From positions 2,294,001 to 2,358,000 of the forward strand of contig NW_025767612.1 in NCBI RefSeq assembly GCF_003918875.1: a stretch of 64,000 nt of DNA, written 5' to 3'. This document shows, one piece after another, positions 52,701-64,000 of the stretch. Positions within the stretch are counted from its first letter, which is position 1. Every line of letters begins with the position of its first letter. The notes beneath the pieces were generated by a model. That model did no database searches. It was given only the letters and a program-made list of their open reading frames with translations, and was not told the DNA's origin. The position numbers and the translations under genes were made by a program. Source of the DNA: Haliotis rubra. Its lineage: Eukaryota.

Positions 52701-55700
52701 ATCCTGACATATCAGATCCCACCCACCCTGATCCACCCATCTTCACCCTGAGACATATCAGATCCCACTGGCCACCCATCTTCACCCCTCAGACATATCA
52801 GATCATACCACACACCCACCCACCCTGATCCACCCATCTTCAAGCTCAGACATATCAGATCCCACACCACCCATCCTAATCACCCACCACCCATCTTCAC
52901 CCTCAGACATATCAGATCATACCACACACCCACCCACCCATCTTCACCCTGAGACATATCAGATCCCACCACCACCCATCCTGATCGCCCACCACCAATC
53001 TTCACCCTCATACATATCAGATCATACCACACACCCTGATCCACCCATCTTCACCCTCAGACATATCAGATCCCACCACCACCCATCCTGATCAGCCCAC
53101 CACCCATCTTCACCCTGAGACATATCAGATCATACCACACCCACACCCACCCTGATCCACCCATCTTCACCCTGAGACATATCAGATCCCACCCCCACCC
53201 ACCTCCTCCCTCAGACATGTAAGAGCCCACCGGCACCACAAGCCATCTAAACCCAACTCTGATCCTACCACCCACCTCTTTTTCTGTCTTGTACTCCTCG
53301 TCAGCTATGTTGAGATTCTTCTCCATCACCCTGACAGCATCCTGATGCTCTGTAACATGCTCACACAGCTGCTCCAGGGCATCCTGCTGGATTAACAACT
53401 GTCGGGACTTCTCATTCAAGCTGACATTGCACTGTTTCTTCAGCTGCATCAGCGCTGGTTTGATTGTACTGTCAAAGTCAACAGTCATTGTGTTCTGGTA
53501 GGAAGTCTTCAGTTCATAGTCAATGCCACATGCATTCTCAGCTGAAGCTGGGACAAGTTTCAAACCGTGAGCCATCTTATTGTATTCACTGCTCTTCGTT
53601 TCCATCTGAAAAAAGAAAATACAATGCTTTCATCAATATTTCTGCTATAACATGGTTTGTCAACTTCATGTGAAAGGAAATCTGAAATGAAAGTTTGTTT
53701 ACCACGCTGGTGAAAGTAAGGAGGCAGGTATGGATGGGGCTGACAAACAATATCAGAGCTAAATTTCACTTTCATCGGGTTCAACATTAATACTGCTATT
53801 TAGAATGAACACTTTATATATTGTTGTCCCATTTCTCCAGTCTTATAATAATGTACTCATCAAGTTACATCAGGGTACTCAGATTACAATAGGACCTTGC
53901 TCATAATATCAACCATTGGTTTGTTTTCCCAGGACATGATTATGTACGTGATGCCGCGACGAAGGGGAAGGAATAGCCCAGAAACGTTGTGTATACAATA
54001 AAGAAAGTTGACATCCATAATATTTTGTCCTATACTTGAATACCAACTTCTATATGCCTCTCAAGAACCTAAACAAAAAGTCATCCTTACTCTTTCTCTG
54101 GACTTAGCCATGTTCATCTCTTCCTTCCAGTTGTCAAGGTCAACCTGCTCAATCTCCTTGTCCAGGGCATCAATCTGCCGCTGCAGTTCCTGCCGGTTCA
54201 GCTTCAGGCGCTCCACATCTGCAGGGGTCAGGTTCTGGGTCTCATAGATTGCCTGCATGTGCTTGTTCTTCTGTTCCACTGACCTGTATTCAGCTTCTGC
54301 AGTGAGGACGGAGAAAGTCAAACATACAATTCTTACTCATCACTAGCATATTTCAAGGGAGATCTTCAAGCAAATAGTCAATACAACATTTAACCCTGTC
54401 AATTCAAGAGAGACAGTCACATTGAACCATCTTCAATATGAGTGAGTGAGTTTAGTTTTACGCTGCACTCAGCAATATTCCAGCTATATGGCGGTGGTCT
54501 GTAAATAATCGAGTCTGGACCAGACAATCCAGTGATCAACAGCATGAGCATCGATCTGAGCAATTGGGAACCGTTGACATGTGTCAACCAAGTCTGTGAG
54601 CCTGACCACCCGATCCCGTTAGTTGCCTCTTACGTTCATTCTAACCCGGACCTTCACGGGTTCTTCAATATGAAGATGGAGCTATGCCCATAATTTATAA
54701 ACAATTGTCAGGACTCATTTGTAAAGAGAAATTTGGAAAATATGAGTTGCAGCTGACAATGGCTATAGGTCTACTGCTAACCAGATCACAGCCCCAGTAG
54801 ACCCTCTTTCCCCACTCTTCAAGTCCATGACCTGAACATTTATTGTCCTCCCTTTAACGTCACTGACCTTGACCTCTGTTGTCCTTCCCAACCCCATGCC
54901 ATTGACCTGGATCTCACTTGTCCTCTTCACGTAAACCCAATGGCCATTGCCCAGCGCCCTCATCCAACCCTGGATCACTGATCTAGGCCTTATGTTGTCA
55001 TTATCCTTCAAGCAGCCCAATGTGACTGACCCAGCCGTGCATTGTCCTCCTCCCTCACTCAACCCAACTCTTGACCTCCCCCACTTGACCCAAGGTCAGT
55101 GACCTTGACTTGCATTGTTCTCCAATCTCACTCTACCCTAGGTCTATGCACGCCATGTCTGACCTCTCCCACTTGACCCCAGGTCACTCACCTAGACCCC
55201 CATTGTCCTCCACCCTCACCCTAGGTCTATGCACGCCATGTCTGACCTCTCCCACTCGACCCCACGTCACTGACCTAGACCTCCATTGTCCTCTTCCAGC
55301 TCCCTCTGCTGGATCTCCAGCTTGTGTTGGTAGGATGACATCTCCTCCAAGTACTGGTCGAACCGTGTCATGTCACTCCGCACAACCTCACGCTGCTCTT
55401 GTAGAACAACCAGCCGATCCTGACAAATAAAGTCAGTAAGTAGGTGAATTCTTATTCTGCATCACCTGCTTGCACATTCACACCTGTGAGCCATTATGAC
55501 TGGACTGTCACAGTAAAATCATGGAGAGAAAGTCGCCTTCAACCAAATTAACTGCATAACTAAACTTGGAGAATAATTAAATAAATAAAAAAACATCAGC
55601 CAAACATAGCTATACACAAAAGTGCAAAAATTCTCATGAAAAAATGTGTCCTCTTGTCTTACCCCATCCTGTTCAAGTAGATCCAGCTCCTGCTTGAGCC

Positions 55701-58700
55701 TTGCGTTCTCAGCAATGAGGGCATCAATACCACCACCTGTGCCTTGGTATTTGTCCTCTGCAAGAGAAAAACATTCCTTTAAATTAAAACATTAACATAA
55801 AATCAACATCAACTTTTCAAAATTCTGCATTTACACTGAAATATATCAACTATTGATTCAAGTTATAACAGTAGGACAATCTACCACTGCCTCAGCTCTA
55901 GCCCTTTATCCAGCTGAGTCAAGATGCAAGTGACTTACTGAGCATCCTCGACAACTCCTCATCATAGGCATCATATTCATCCTCCTCGGACAAGAAGGCA
56001 GCATAGGTGTTTTCACAGTACTCAAACAGCAGCTGAAATACATAATGACACTGATAATTCCACCACAGTTAAAGATGACCAACCTACAAAGGACTGCCTA
56101 TGTCTGACATTAAGGAAAAGTGAAAAACAAAAGATTTATCTCCCCAAACATATTTTCCAGGATTGTGGATGCAGTGATCAGTATTTATAGCTTTTCAAGG
56201 ATATATTCTTCTGAACAGTTTCACTGCCAAACTGTTGTTTATATACTAATGAACATGATTAATGTAAATTTTGTAATTAAGTATCGAATCTCTTGTCAAA
56301 TGGAAGTGTGACATATACTTCAGAGTAAAACCTTACTTCACATATTGTACCAAGATGGGAATTGAACTCATGCCTTTTGCAAGATGAGAAAACGCTTTAA
56401 CCACAAGGCTACCACACTGCCTCTACTGCTGTTAACATGAAAAATGTTACCTTATTCTCTGGACTGGAATCAAAATCATCTTCCTCGTGTGGGAAGAGAA
56501 TAGCTTCAATGCCTGCTTTATCACTCATGAATTGACCCATCTGGAAGGAGACGTATGCAGAGGAGTGAATGTGAGAGAGTGAATATGAGAGCGAGAGACT
56601 GAGAGCGAGTGAGTGAATGTGAGCGAGTGAATGTGAGAGCGAGTGAGAGAATGTGAGAGCAAGTGAGTGAATGTGAGAGCGAGTGAGTGAATGAGAGCGA
56701 GTGAGTGAATGAGAGCGAATGTGAAAGAGTGATTGAATGTGAGAGCGAGTGAGTGAATGAGAGCGAATGTGAAAGAGTGATTGAATGTGAGAGCGAGTGA
56801 ATGTGAGAATGAGCGAGTGAGTTAATATGAGAGCGAGTGAGTTAATATGAGAGCGAGTTAATGAATGTGAGAGAGTGAGTGAAATTTGAGTGAGAGTGAG
56901 TGAATGTGAACGAATGAATGTGAGAGTGAGTGAGTGAATGTGAGAGCAAGTGAGTCAATGTGAGAGTGAGCGAGTGAGTGAATGTGAGAGTGAATATGAG
57001 AGCATGAGAATGAGAGCAAGTGAATGTGAGAGTAAGTGAGTCAATGTGAGAGCGAGTGAGTGAATGTGAGTGAGCGAGTGAATGTGAGAATGTGAGAGTG
57101 AATGTGAGAGCGAGATAATGAGAGCAAGTGAATGTGAGAGTGAGTGAATGTGAGCGAGTTAATGTGAGCGAGTAAGAGAATGTGAGAGTGAGCGAGTGAA
57201 TGTGAACGAGTGAATGTGAGAGTCAGCGAGTGAGTGAATGTGAGAGCGAGTAAGAGAATGTGGGAGAGTGAACGTGAGCGCGAGTGAATGTGAGAGTGAA
57301 TGTGAGAGCAAATGAGTGAATGAGAGTGAATGTGAGAGTGAGTGAATGTGAGAGAATGTGAGTGGTTGAATGTGAGTGAGAGAATGAGCAAGTGAATGTG
57401 AGAATGTGAGAGTGGCGAGTAAATGAGAGAATGTGAGCGAGCGAGTAAGAATGTGAGCAAGTGAATGTGAGAGTGAGTGAATGTGAGAGAGTGAATGTGA
57501 GAGTAAGCGAGTGAATGTGAGAGGGAGCGAGTGAATGTGAGAGGGAGCAAGTGAATGTGAGAGCGAGTGAATGTGAGAGTGAGAGTGAGCGAGTGAATGT
57601 GAGAGGGAGCAAGTGAATGTGAGAGTGAGCGAGTGAATGTGAGAGGAGCAAGTGAATGTGAGCGGGAGCAAGGGAATGTGAGCGGGAGCAAGGGAATTTG
57701 AGAGGGAGCGAGTGAATGTGAGAGGGAGCGAGTGAATGTGAGAGCGAGTGAGTGAATGTAAGAGCATGCTAGCGAGTATAGCTTTATGCCGCTTGGTGGC
57801 CACGGCAACAGCAAGGTATACCTTGATGAGTTCCACCAGCCAGATGAGGGCTGCCAGGAGGTAGGGCCAGGTGTGGGGGCTGCCAATGGCAAACATGGAG
57901 CTCTTAGAGATGGAGAACGGGTAGCCCAAAACTTTGAAAATCTTGGGGATTTCCTCCTCTGGCTTTGGACCAATCTTGTATTTGGGTTCAAGGTGACCAT
58001 TAAGGAACTGGAACAGACATTTGTTTGGTAAACAAAACATGTGACCAAGACACAGAAAGGAATGTTTATAGTTTGTGAGTGAGTAATATCACGGCAGGGG
58101 GACACGAGAAATGGGCTTCACACATTGTACCCATATGGAGAATCAGACCTAGGTCTTTGGCATGGCTAGTGAACGCTTTAACCACTGGGCTACCCCACTG
58201 CCCCATGGTTACAGTTAACCTCACCATCATACTAATCAGATTGAAGTCTCAACCAAAACAAACTTAAGGCTTCTAACCTGAACATGGTCCTATGGTGTTA
58301 TTATATTGCCTAGTATCAACTGATCTTGCTTGGCCTAACATTCTTTGCCGGATTCAGGCTTTGGACTTGTGACTCAAGTCATAGACTGATAATGATATTA
58401 TAATATGTCAGAAATGAAGAGCAATGCTAAATCACAGGTGAAAAGTTTTCCTTGAATACAATCATGATAATACAAAATGTTATATATTTACAATCTAAGT
58501 AATGCTGTCTTCGAACAGAGAAGCAGGTTTAAACATTTTAAAACTTTCTTACCTCAAATATTCTAAAAAATTCTTTACTTGGTGGTGATACAAGGATCTT
58601 CTGTGAGATAGGGTGTGAATAGCCCTTATCTGTGAGCCACTGAAATCAAAATTTATAATTAAATTAAAATAATCACAATCATCACAAAGACCAATATTTA

Positions 58701-60189
58701 AAGCATTTTTTCAAGACTTTAGGCCACAAACATTTCACTTCTTTCTTTTTGTCAAAGTTATGGACAAAATTAGGGATTCATATTTCATATTATTCATTAT
58801 CCAACACAATTATGTCCTAATCTTAGTGTACAGGCTTGCTTAAACTAGCTGAGGCTGGCGTATCAAACGTATAATTATTAATATTTCACAATTTTCAGTG
58901 TACAAGTAATGTACCATGCATGGCGTAGAGTCAATTTTGGCTAAAAGACAAATGTAAGGCATTGATAGTTGCAATGAATTGTTACATCACTACTTATAAT
59001 ACTATAAATACCTCCAGGAGCTGCCTAATCATCTTGTGCTGGAAACTTTTGTCAGATATTGGTCTTGGATCTTTCGGTACATCAGTGCGACCTCGGATTC
59101 CGATGCCACTTGAATGTCTGAATAAAATATGGATGAGCTAATACAACCATTCTGTACACAACTACACAAATATACCATGATACACCCATCTGATTACTTT
59201 CAGAATGACTTGTAAAAGTTTTCCCCATTCCTTGAAATATGCACATCTTTGAGCAGGGCTCCAGATAATTTTTCAACATCAGGAGTATGTACTCCTTATT
59301 TTTTCAATATAGGAGTACTGGATAAACTTAAGAGTACATTTTGAGTACTGAATGGAATTTAATGGCGTATCAGTACTCCTTTTTTTTCATTATAGGAGTA
59401 CTGGATAAACTTAAGAGTACATTTTGAGTACTGAATGGAATTTAATGGCGTATCAGTAATCTTGTGTTTCGTTTCATATATGCACCACAACATTGCTAGT
59501 CTTGTGTAAACAGGTCAATAAACAATAAAACAATACTCTTTAAGATAAATACGTCTGTAAATGATTCTAAGACCATACAGCATTGCTGTAGTGCGTATGT
59601 GCTACGTTTTCTAAATTATTTCCTACTGTATCGTGCATATTTTGTACTCGTACATACGCCGATACGGCCCTTATCTGGAGCCCTGTTTGAGCCCAAATGG
59701 TACTTATCATTCCTTTGGAGTTGGAAACAGTGACAACTGGTAGCTGTCAGACCCAACACATGGAACATAAACGTGATAGACATAATAGTAAGCATGTTTA
59801 CAGCTACTTTAACCATACCAACTCTGGGGCCACCAGGGGCGGTGGGGTAGGCCAGTTGTTGAAGCGCTTGCTCATCACATCGGTTCAATTCCCCACATGG
59901 GTACAATATGTGAAGAACATTTCTGGCAAACATTTCAATACAGTGCTTACCTTCTCTTTTGACCTGCAGTGGTAGGATATGCACTGTATCGCGACACTGG
60001 CTTCTGAGCCCGTCCTATTGATGGCCTTCCACCCAGTGATGGTCTGCTTCCTATTGACAGTCTGTTTCCAGATGATAGCCCACATCCTGATGACTGTCTG
60101 CTGCTGGACGGCTTCACGTTATCATCAGTCCTCACTCGCAATGGCCCTGCTAGAGATGGTCGGCCCCCCAAACTGGACTTCCGCATCAT
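49704..60189 (-). CDS. NDC80: Kinetochore protein NDC80/HEC1 (632 aa, 13 coding exons)
   Basis: Exons 60189-59951, 59117-59012, 58639-58553, 58007-57822, 56540-56451, 56032-55939, 55757-55663, 55419-55275, 54296-54091, 53605-53276, 51332-51202, 50666-50564 and 49790-49704, phase-consistent (1899 nt). Basic N-terminal tail, KDPRPISDK, LGYPFSISKSSMFAIGSPHTWPYLLAALIWL, loop KLVPASAENACGIDYEL, and coiled coil. Confidence 0.95.
49866..50067 (-). mobile_element. SINE family C, internally deleted
   Basis: Head and tail present, TSD gtttcatgtggg. Confidence 0.75.
50860..51005 (+). mobile_element. SINE family A copy
   Basis: TSD cttataacattgag-like. Confidence 0.75.
51570..53270. repeat. 1.7-kb intronic minisatellite (cccatcttcaccctcagacatatcagatc + (CCA)n linkers)
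   Basis: About 30 variable units of 40-60 bp, alternating agatcatacc and agatcccacc variants. Confidence 0.95.
54439..54661 (-). mobile_element. SINE-like family B copy
   Basis: TSD tcttcaatatga. Confidence 0.85.
56562..57765. repeat. 1.2-kb intronic degenerate satellite (gagtgaatgtgagagc)n
   Basis: Fills nearly the whole NDC80 intron 56541-57821. Confidence 0.95.
59282..59457. repeat. 92-bp tandem duplication
   Basis: gtactcc...ataggagtactggataaacttaagagtacattttgagtactgaatggaatttaatggcgtatcagta occurs twice. Confidence 0.85.
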
Positions 60190-61172
60190 GTTTACATCCA
60201 ATCTGTACCTATATGAAACCAATAAAGAGCTTCCAATGTCAGTGCGATTTAATTTTTTTTAAATCATCTAACCATATACATTATTAAAGTTGTTCAGACA
60301 TCTATTCACTCATTGAATATGCTTAACTGTGAGATACAAATCATGATACAAAATGTGTCACTCCAAAAATGTACATCACTGTTATAGAGCTTCAAAACAA
60401 TTCTTGACAAATGTTGGAATAAAAATGTAAAAAGTGATGACAGTAAATGAAAGCAATCAAATGATCAAAAAGCTCAACAGTGTCCCCTCTGGCTCATACC
60501 CAAATAAACAGTTGTCTATGTTTACTGTGTATGCAATAACCAGGTGAAATAACAAACTGTTGTGGAGCATGTCATGACAATTGCATTGGACTTGATCATG
60601 TTGATTGAGCTTGTTTACACACATAATCATTTTAAATCCAAAATGGATATTTTATGAAATTGGTTTCTTCTATATACAAAAAAGCATTAAGACAAATGCT
60701 CATCATGTGTCCTTATTTTATATTTTCTCATTCTACACATTCTTATCCTCAAATTTAATCCAGTTCCGTGTGTTTCAATGTAAATTACAAAGCATAACAA
60801 TTCATCTGCGATGACGTGTTCAAACGTCCAGATTGTTCAAGACAAACCAATTCACTGAAACTAACGGCGATTAATACTTATATTTCGAGGGGAAAAAATG
60901 TGGTTTAAACTTCTTATCACATTAGTGGTGTATGAATTCGTATGCCTAATACAGTTGCATTCTACTGGTTGTCCTGGGGTGCCCTTTTCAGATTGCGGAC
61001 GTTTTGTTTGTAAACATCATCATGACATCGATGATAGAATATTCATGTATGAATTAAATCGGTGTCATTTTATTTAGCAATATTCTCACTTTGCGCGAGC
61101 GGTGCAATTAAACCACGGCTTTAACAAATACAGTCAGAGTAATGAAATATTGAAATATTGAAAAGAAATAAC

Positions 61173-61255
61173 CTTACGGAATATCCACGAAAATTGAACC
61201 AGCCGCCTTTTTAAACATGCGCATGCGCAATAGGGGTGAAACCGCTTCCGGTCTT
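61173..61255 (-). promoter_or_regulatory. NDC80 promoter and non-coding first exon
   Basis: Perfect NRF1 palindrome TGCGCATGCGCA at 61218-61229, ETS-like cttccgg at ~61244, and minus-strand donor AAG|GTTATT at ~61172. Confidence 0.65.
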
Positions 61256-62395
61256 TCTAAAAAAATCAAACTTGCAAACGGAACGAAATATCGCTCAAGT
61301 CAACAGCAATCTTTCCACTGATTGCCCAAAACGAATCTTAAATAGTACTAGGAAATTATGAGGATCTATAGATACATAAAGGCAGTACCTGTTCGTAGTT
61401 GAATTCTTGTAGTCGAATAGGTACAAATGGCACATTCTGTTCACCCCATATTTTTGAAACAACTGATAGTGACACTTTCCGTCCGATTTCCTGAAACCTT
61501 TAAACACAGTACTGTTATATTTGTATGAACGATAAATCACGACACGATTAATTGAAGAGACAAAAGCTTGTAAACATCCTTTGAAAAATGGGCTGAAAAT
61601 TATTTATGTATGTTATGAATGCGAACATTCTGCTCTCGTTAAGTACTTATAACAGTTTTAGCTGTATGTGTGATAGCCTTGTTTTGAGGATACGAACGGA
61701 ACTTCTTTGCTGCATAAGAAATACATGTAAGCATTTGCGGTGTACTAAGTTAAAAACTGTATATACCTATTTAGCTAAGTATATTTTCATATTTTTCTAG
61801 CAATGGCAAAGTGGGGTTGTATAGTTTACGGATTCAAATAAATCAAATTTGTGTTTTTAATATCATAGGTAGCCTAATGGACATCATATATTTACATGAC
61901 ATGATTAAATATCGAGATAAAAAGCACAAAATTAGGATCAAATTGGATGAGTCACTATATCATCCAGGCATTACAAAATCCTAAAAGCTTACAATGCTGC
62001 GATACTTTGTTACAATCAAACAAGAACTACAGGGGATATTTTCAAATACGGGTATATGATGGGCATCCATCCTTCCTAATGTCCTTCCAACTGTTTAGGT
62101 TGAAGAAATTTTGCCAAGGTGGACAGTAGCCCAGTCCCCGTGTCCGTCACGGTCGAGGGAGCAGGTAATGACAAGCTTGCAGCTTGGTTTGTTAATTAGA
62201 CTGTTAGCGAGAAACATCAATCGCTCTGGATCAGTGCCCCTTTTAAAGTGGTCATTCTTCATGCGGAATGGTTCGATTGCCCACCAGGCGCGTAGCAAGC
62301 CATTTTTTTCGTGTAATCCCGATAGGTTAGAAAGATTCATATTTAGATAGTATTGAGGGCATGCCCGGCCGTTTTAGCAACAATCGGTTTGTAGT

Positions 62396-62515
62396 CAAAA
62401 GGGCCAAAGGACAAAAGGGCCCAAATTGAAAAAGTCAAAAGGGCCAAAGAAAAGCCAAAAGGGCCCAAAGAAAATCAAAAGGGCCATAGATTTATGTCAA
62501 AAGGGCCATAGATCA
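62396..62515. repeat. aaaagggcca short-motif array
   Basis: Six or more copies of caaaagggcc(a/c), resembling subterminal repeats of a DNA element. Confidence 0.7.
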
Positions 62516-62547
62516 AATTCAAATAAGAACATACAAACTAAGATATA

Positions 62548-63362
62548 TACTGAAAGGCAAAAGAAACGTCGTAATATTAGAAATGACATTTGAGTATCAA
62601 TGGAGTATTTGAACCTATTTTTTTAAATATACACCAGAAGTCAAGTTTGAGGAAACATGAATCGTGGTCGTATAGCCTGCATTGCCCAATAAAGTATTGT
62701 TTGAGATTGAAGTTAGAAATGTTTTTGGTTTTTGGAGAGGGAAAAGTTCCCACAAACACAACATTGAAATCGAGATGCACGTGCATCATAAATGCATTCA
62801 GGCATAAATTGCCGGCTTGAATGGCAATCGTTCACTTGTTTTCTGAACACAGCAGCTATGACTAGGTTAACGAGAGATCAACCACAACAAGCTATTGGAC
62901 GTCTGCACGCTGGTCAACATGCTCGAGTCATTGCTAATGACTTCAGTTGCAGCGTACGAACGATAGAACGTCTTAGGGTGCGATACCACGCCACCAGCAG
63001 CACTGATGACCGTCCACGTAGTGGTCAACCCCGTGTAACAACACGTCGCCAGGACCGTCATATCGTCCATCAACACGTACAAGACCTATTCGCAAGGGCC
63101 AGAGAAACAGCTTTGGTGACCATAGGAAACCACCAGCGACCAGTCAGTGACCTACCATTCGGCGACGTCTCCAAGCCAGGAACCTGTTTTGTCGATGTCC
63201 TGGCAAAACTGTCGTGGGGGACAATGGAGAGGGGTTATCTTCTCTGATGAAAGTCGGTACTGCATTTCAGTGGCGTATTATTTAAAAAAAAATAGGTTCA
63301 AATGTTCCATTGATACTTAAATGTCATTTCCAATATTACGACATTTCTTTTGCCTTTCAGTA
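62548..63362 (+). mobile_element. Internally deleted Tc1-like element with ~90-bp TIRs
   Basis: TIR tactgaaaggcaaaagaaacgtcgtaatattagaaatgacatttgagtatcaatgga... and its inverse at ~63270-63362. Transposase N-terminus MTRLTRDQ..AIGRL..DRPRSGQPRVTT, then a WRGVIFSDES fragment. Confidence 0.88.
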
Positions 63363-63794
63363 GATCTATATTTTGTACGAATATGTAGTAATAATAGTGA
63401 TAATATATAGTGTGATCATCATACATTCAGTTGCGTGAATGTATTTAGAAACAATGACGAACTTTCAACCTTTTGTTCATACCAAAAATGACTAAATCCA
63501 ATTGAAATAAGTAGGTGTTTGACATCTGTTATCCAATTCTGTTTCCCTTCTTTGTCATAAAGTTACATCATATTATAGCATTTTCTCGGTAAACGGTATA
63601 GGATGGCATACTTAATAACCTTATCCAATATTTAATCGCTCTGATTTGTGAAGATATGATGATCACCATACAGTAGAATCGGTTTGATTTTAACATCAAA
63701 TATTCTGAAAAAGGATGTTAAGCTTAAATCCCTGAGTAATTTATATTTCTCAATATACCTATCAGTACCTTTCGTGTTTGCATTCTGAATCATG

Positions 63795-64000
63795 AGACCC
63801 GTGAAGGTCCGGGTTAGAATTGATCTTCAAAACACATGCTTGTCGTAAGAGGCGACTAACGGGATTGGGTGGTCAGGCTCGCCGACTTGGTTGACACATG
63901 TCATCATACTGTCACCGGTTCCCAATTGCTTAGATCGATACTCATGTTGCTGATCACTGGATTGTCTGGTCCAGACTCGATTATTTACACCCCGCCGCCA
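63795..64000 (+). mobile_element. SINE-like family B copy, truncated by the window end
   Basis: Matches the family consensus. Confidence 0.8.

Noticed and set aside
51353-53275. ORFs with repeated DLICLRVKMGG
   Set aside because: They are minisatellite translations inside an NDC80 intron.
57041-58105. Long His/Ser/Leu/Thr-rich ORFs
   Set aside because: These are translations of the intronic satellite. Only 58007-57822 is a real NDC80 exon.

Overview
AT-rich, intron- and SINE-rich animal genomic DNA. The repeat families suggest a gastropod mollusc, possibly abalone (inference). Six protein-coding loci can be reconstructed: (1) a single-ORF ankyrin-repeat protein ending in a CaaX box; (2) a 5-exon MPC2; (3) a ~1,380-aa low-complexity nuclear-type protein on the minus strand, broken by four frameshifts at homopolymer runs that are probably assembly errors; (4) a 7-exon, ~537-aa secreted protein whose motifs resemble, from memory, an uncharacterised bacterial family, making it a candidate intron-containing horizontally acquired gene; (5) an MSANTD4-like Myb/SANT plus coiled-coil gene; (6) NDC80 with 13 coding exons. 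Also present are an apparently intact spliced PHD-finger mini-gene in frame with a decayed transposase, two deleted Tc1 elements, several SINE families, a Helentron/HINE-like element, MITEs, large intronic minisatellites and a tandem duplication made by SINE-SINE recombination. All gene models were built by hand from GT-AG sites and reading-frame phase. No database searches were run.
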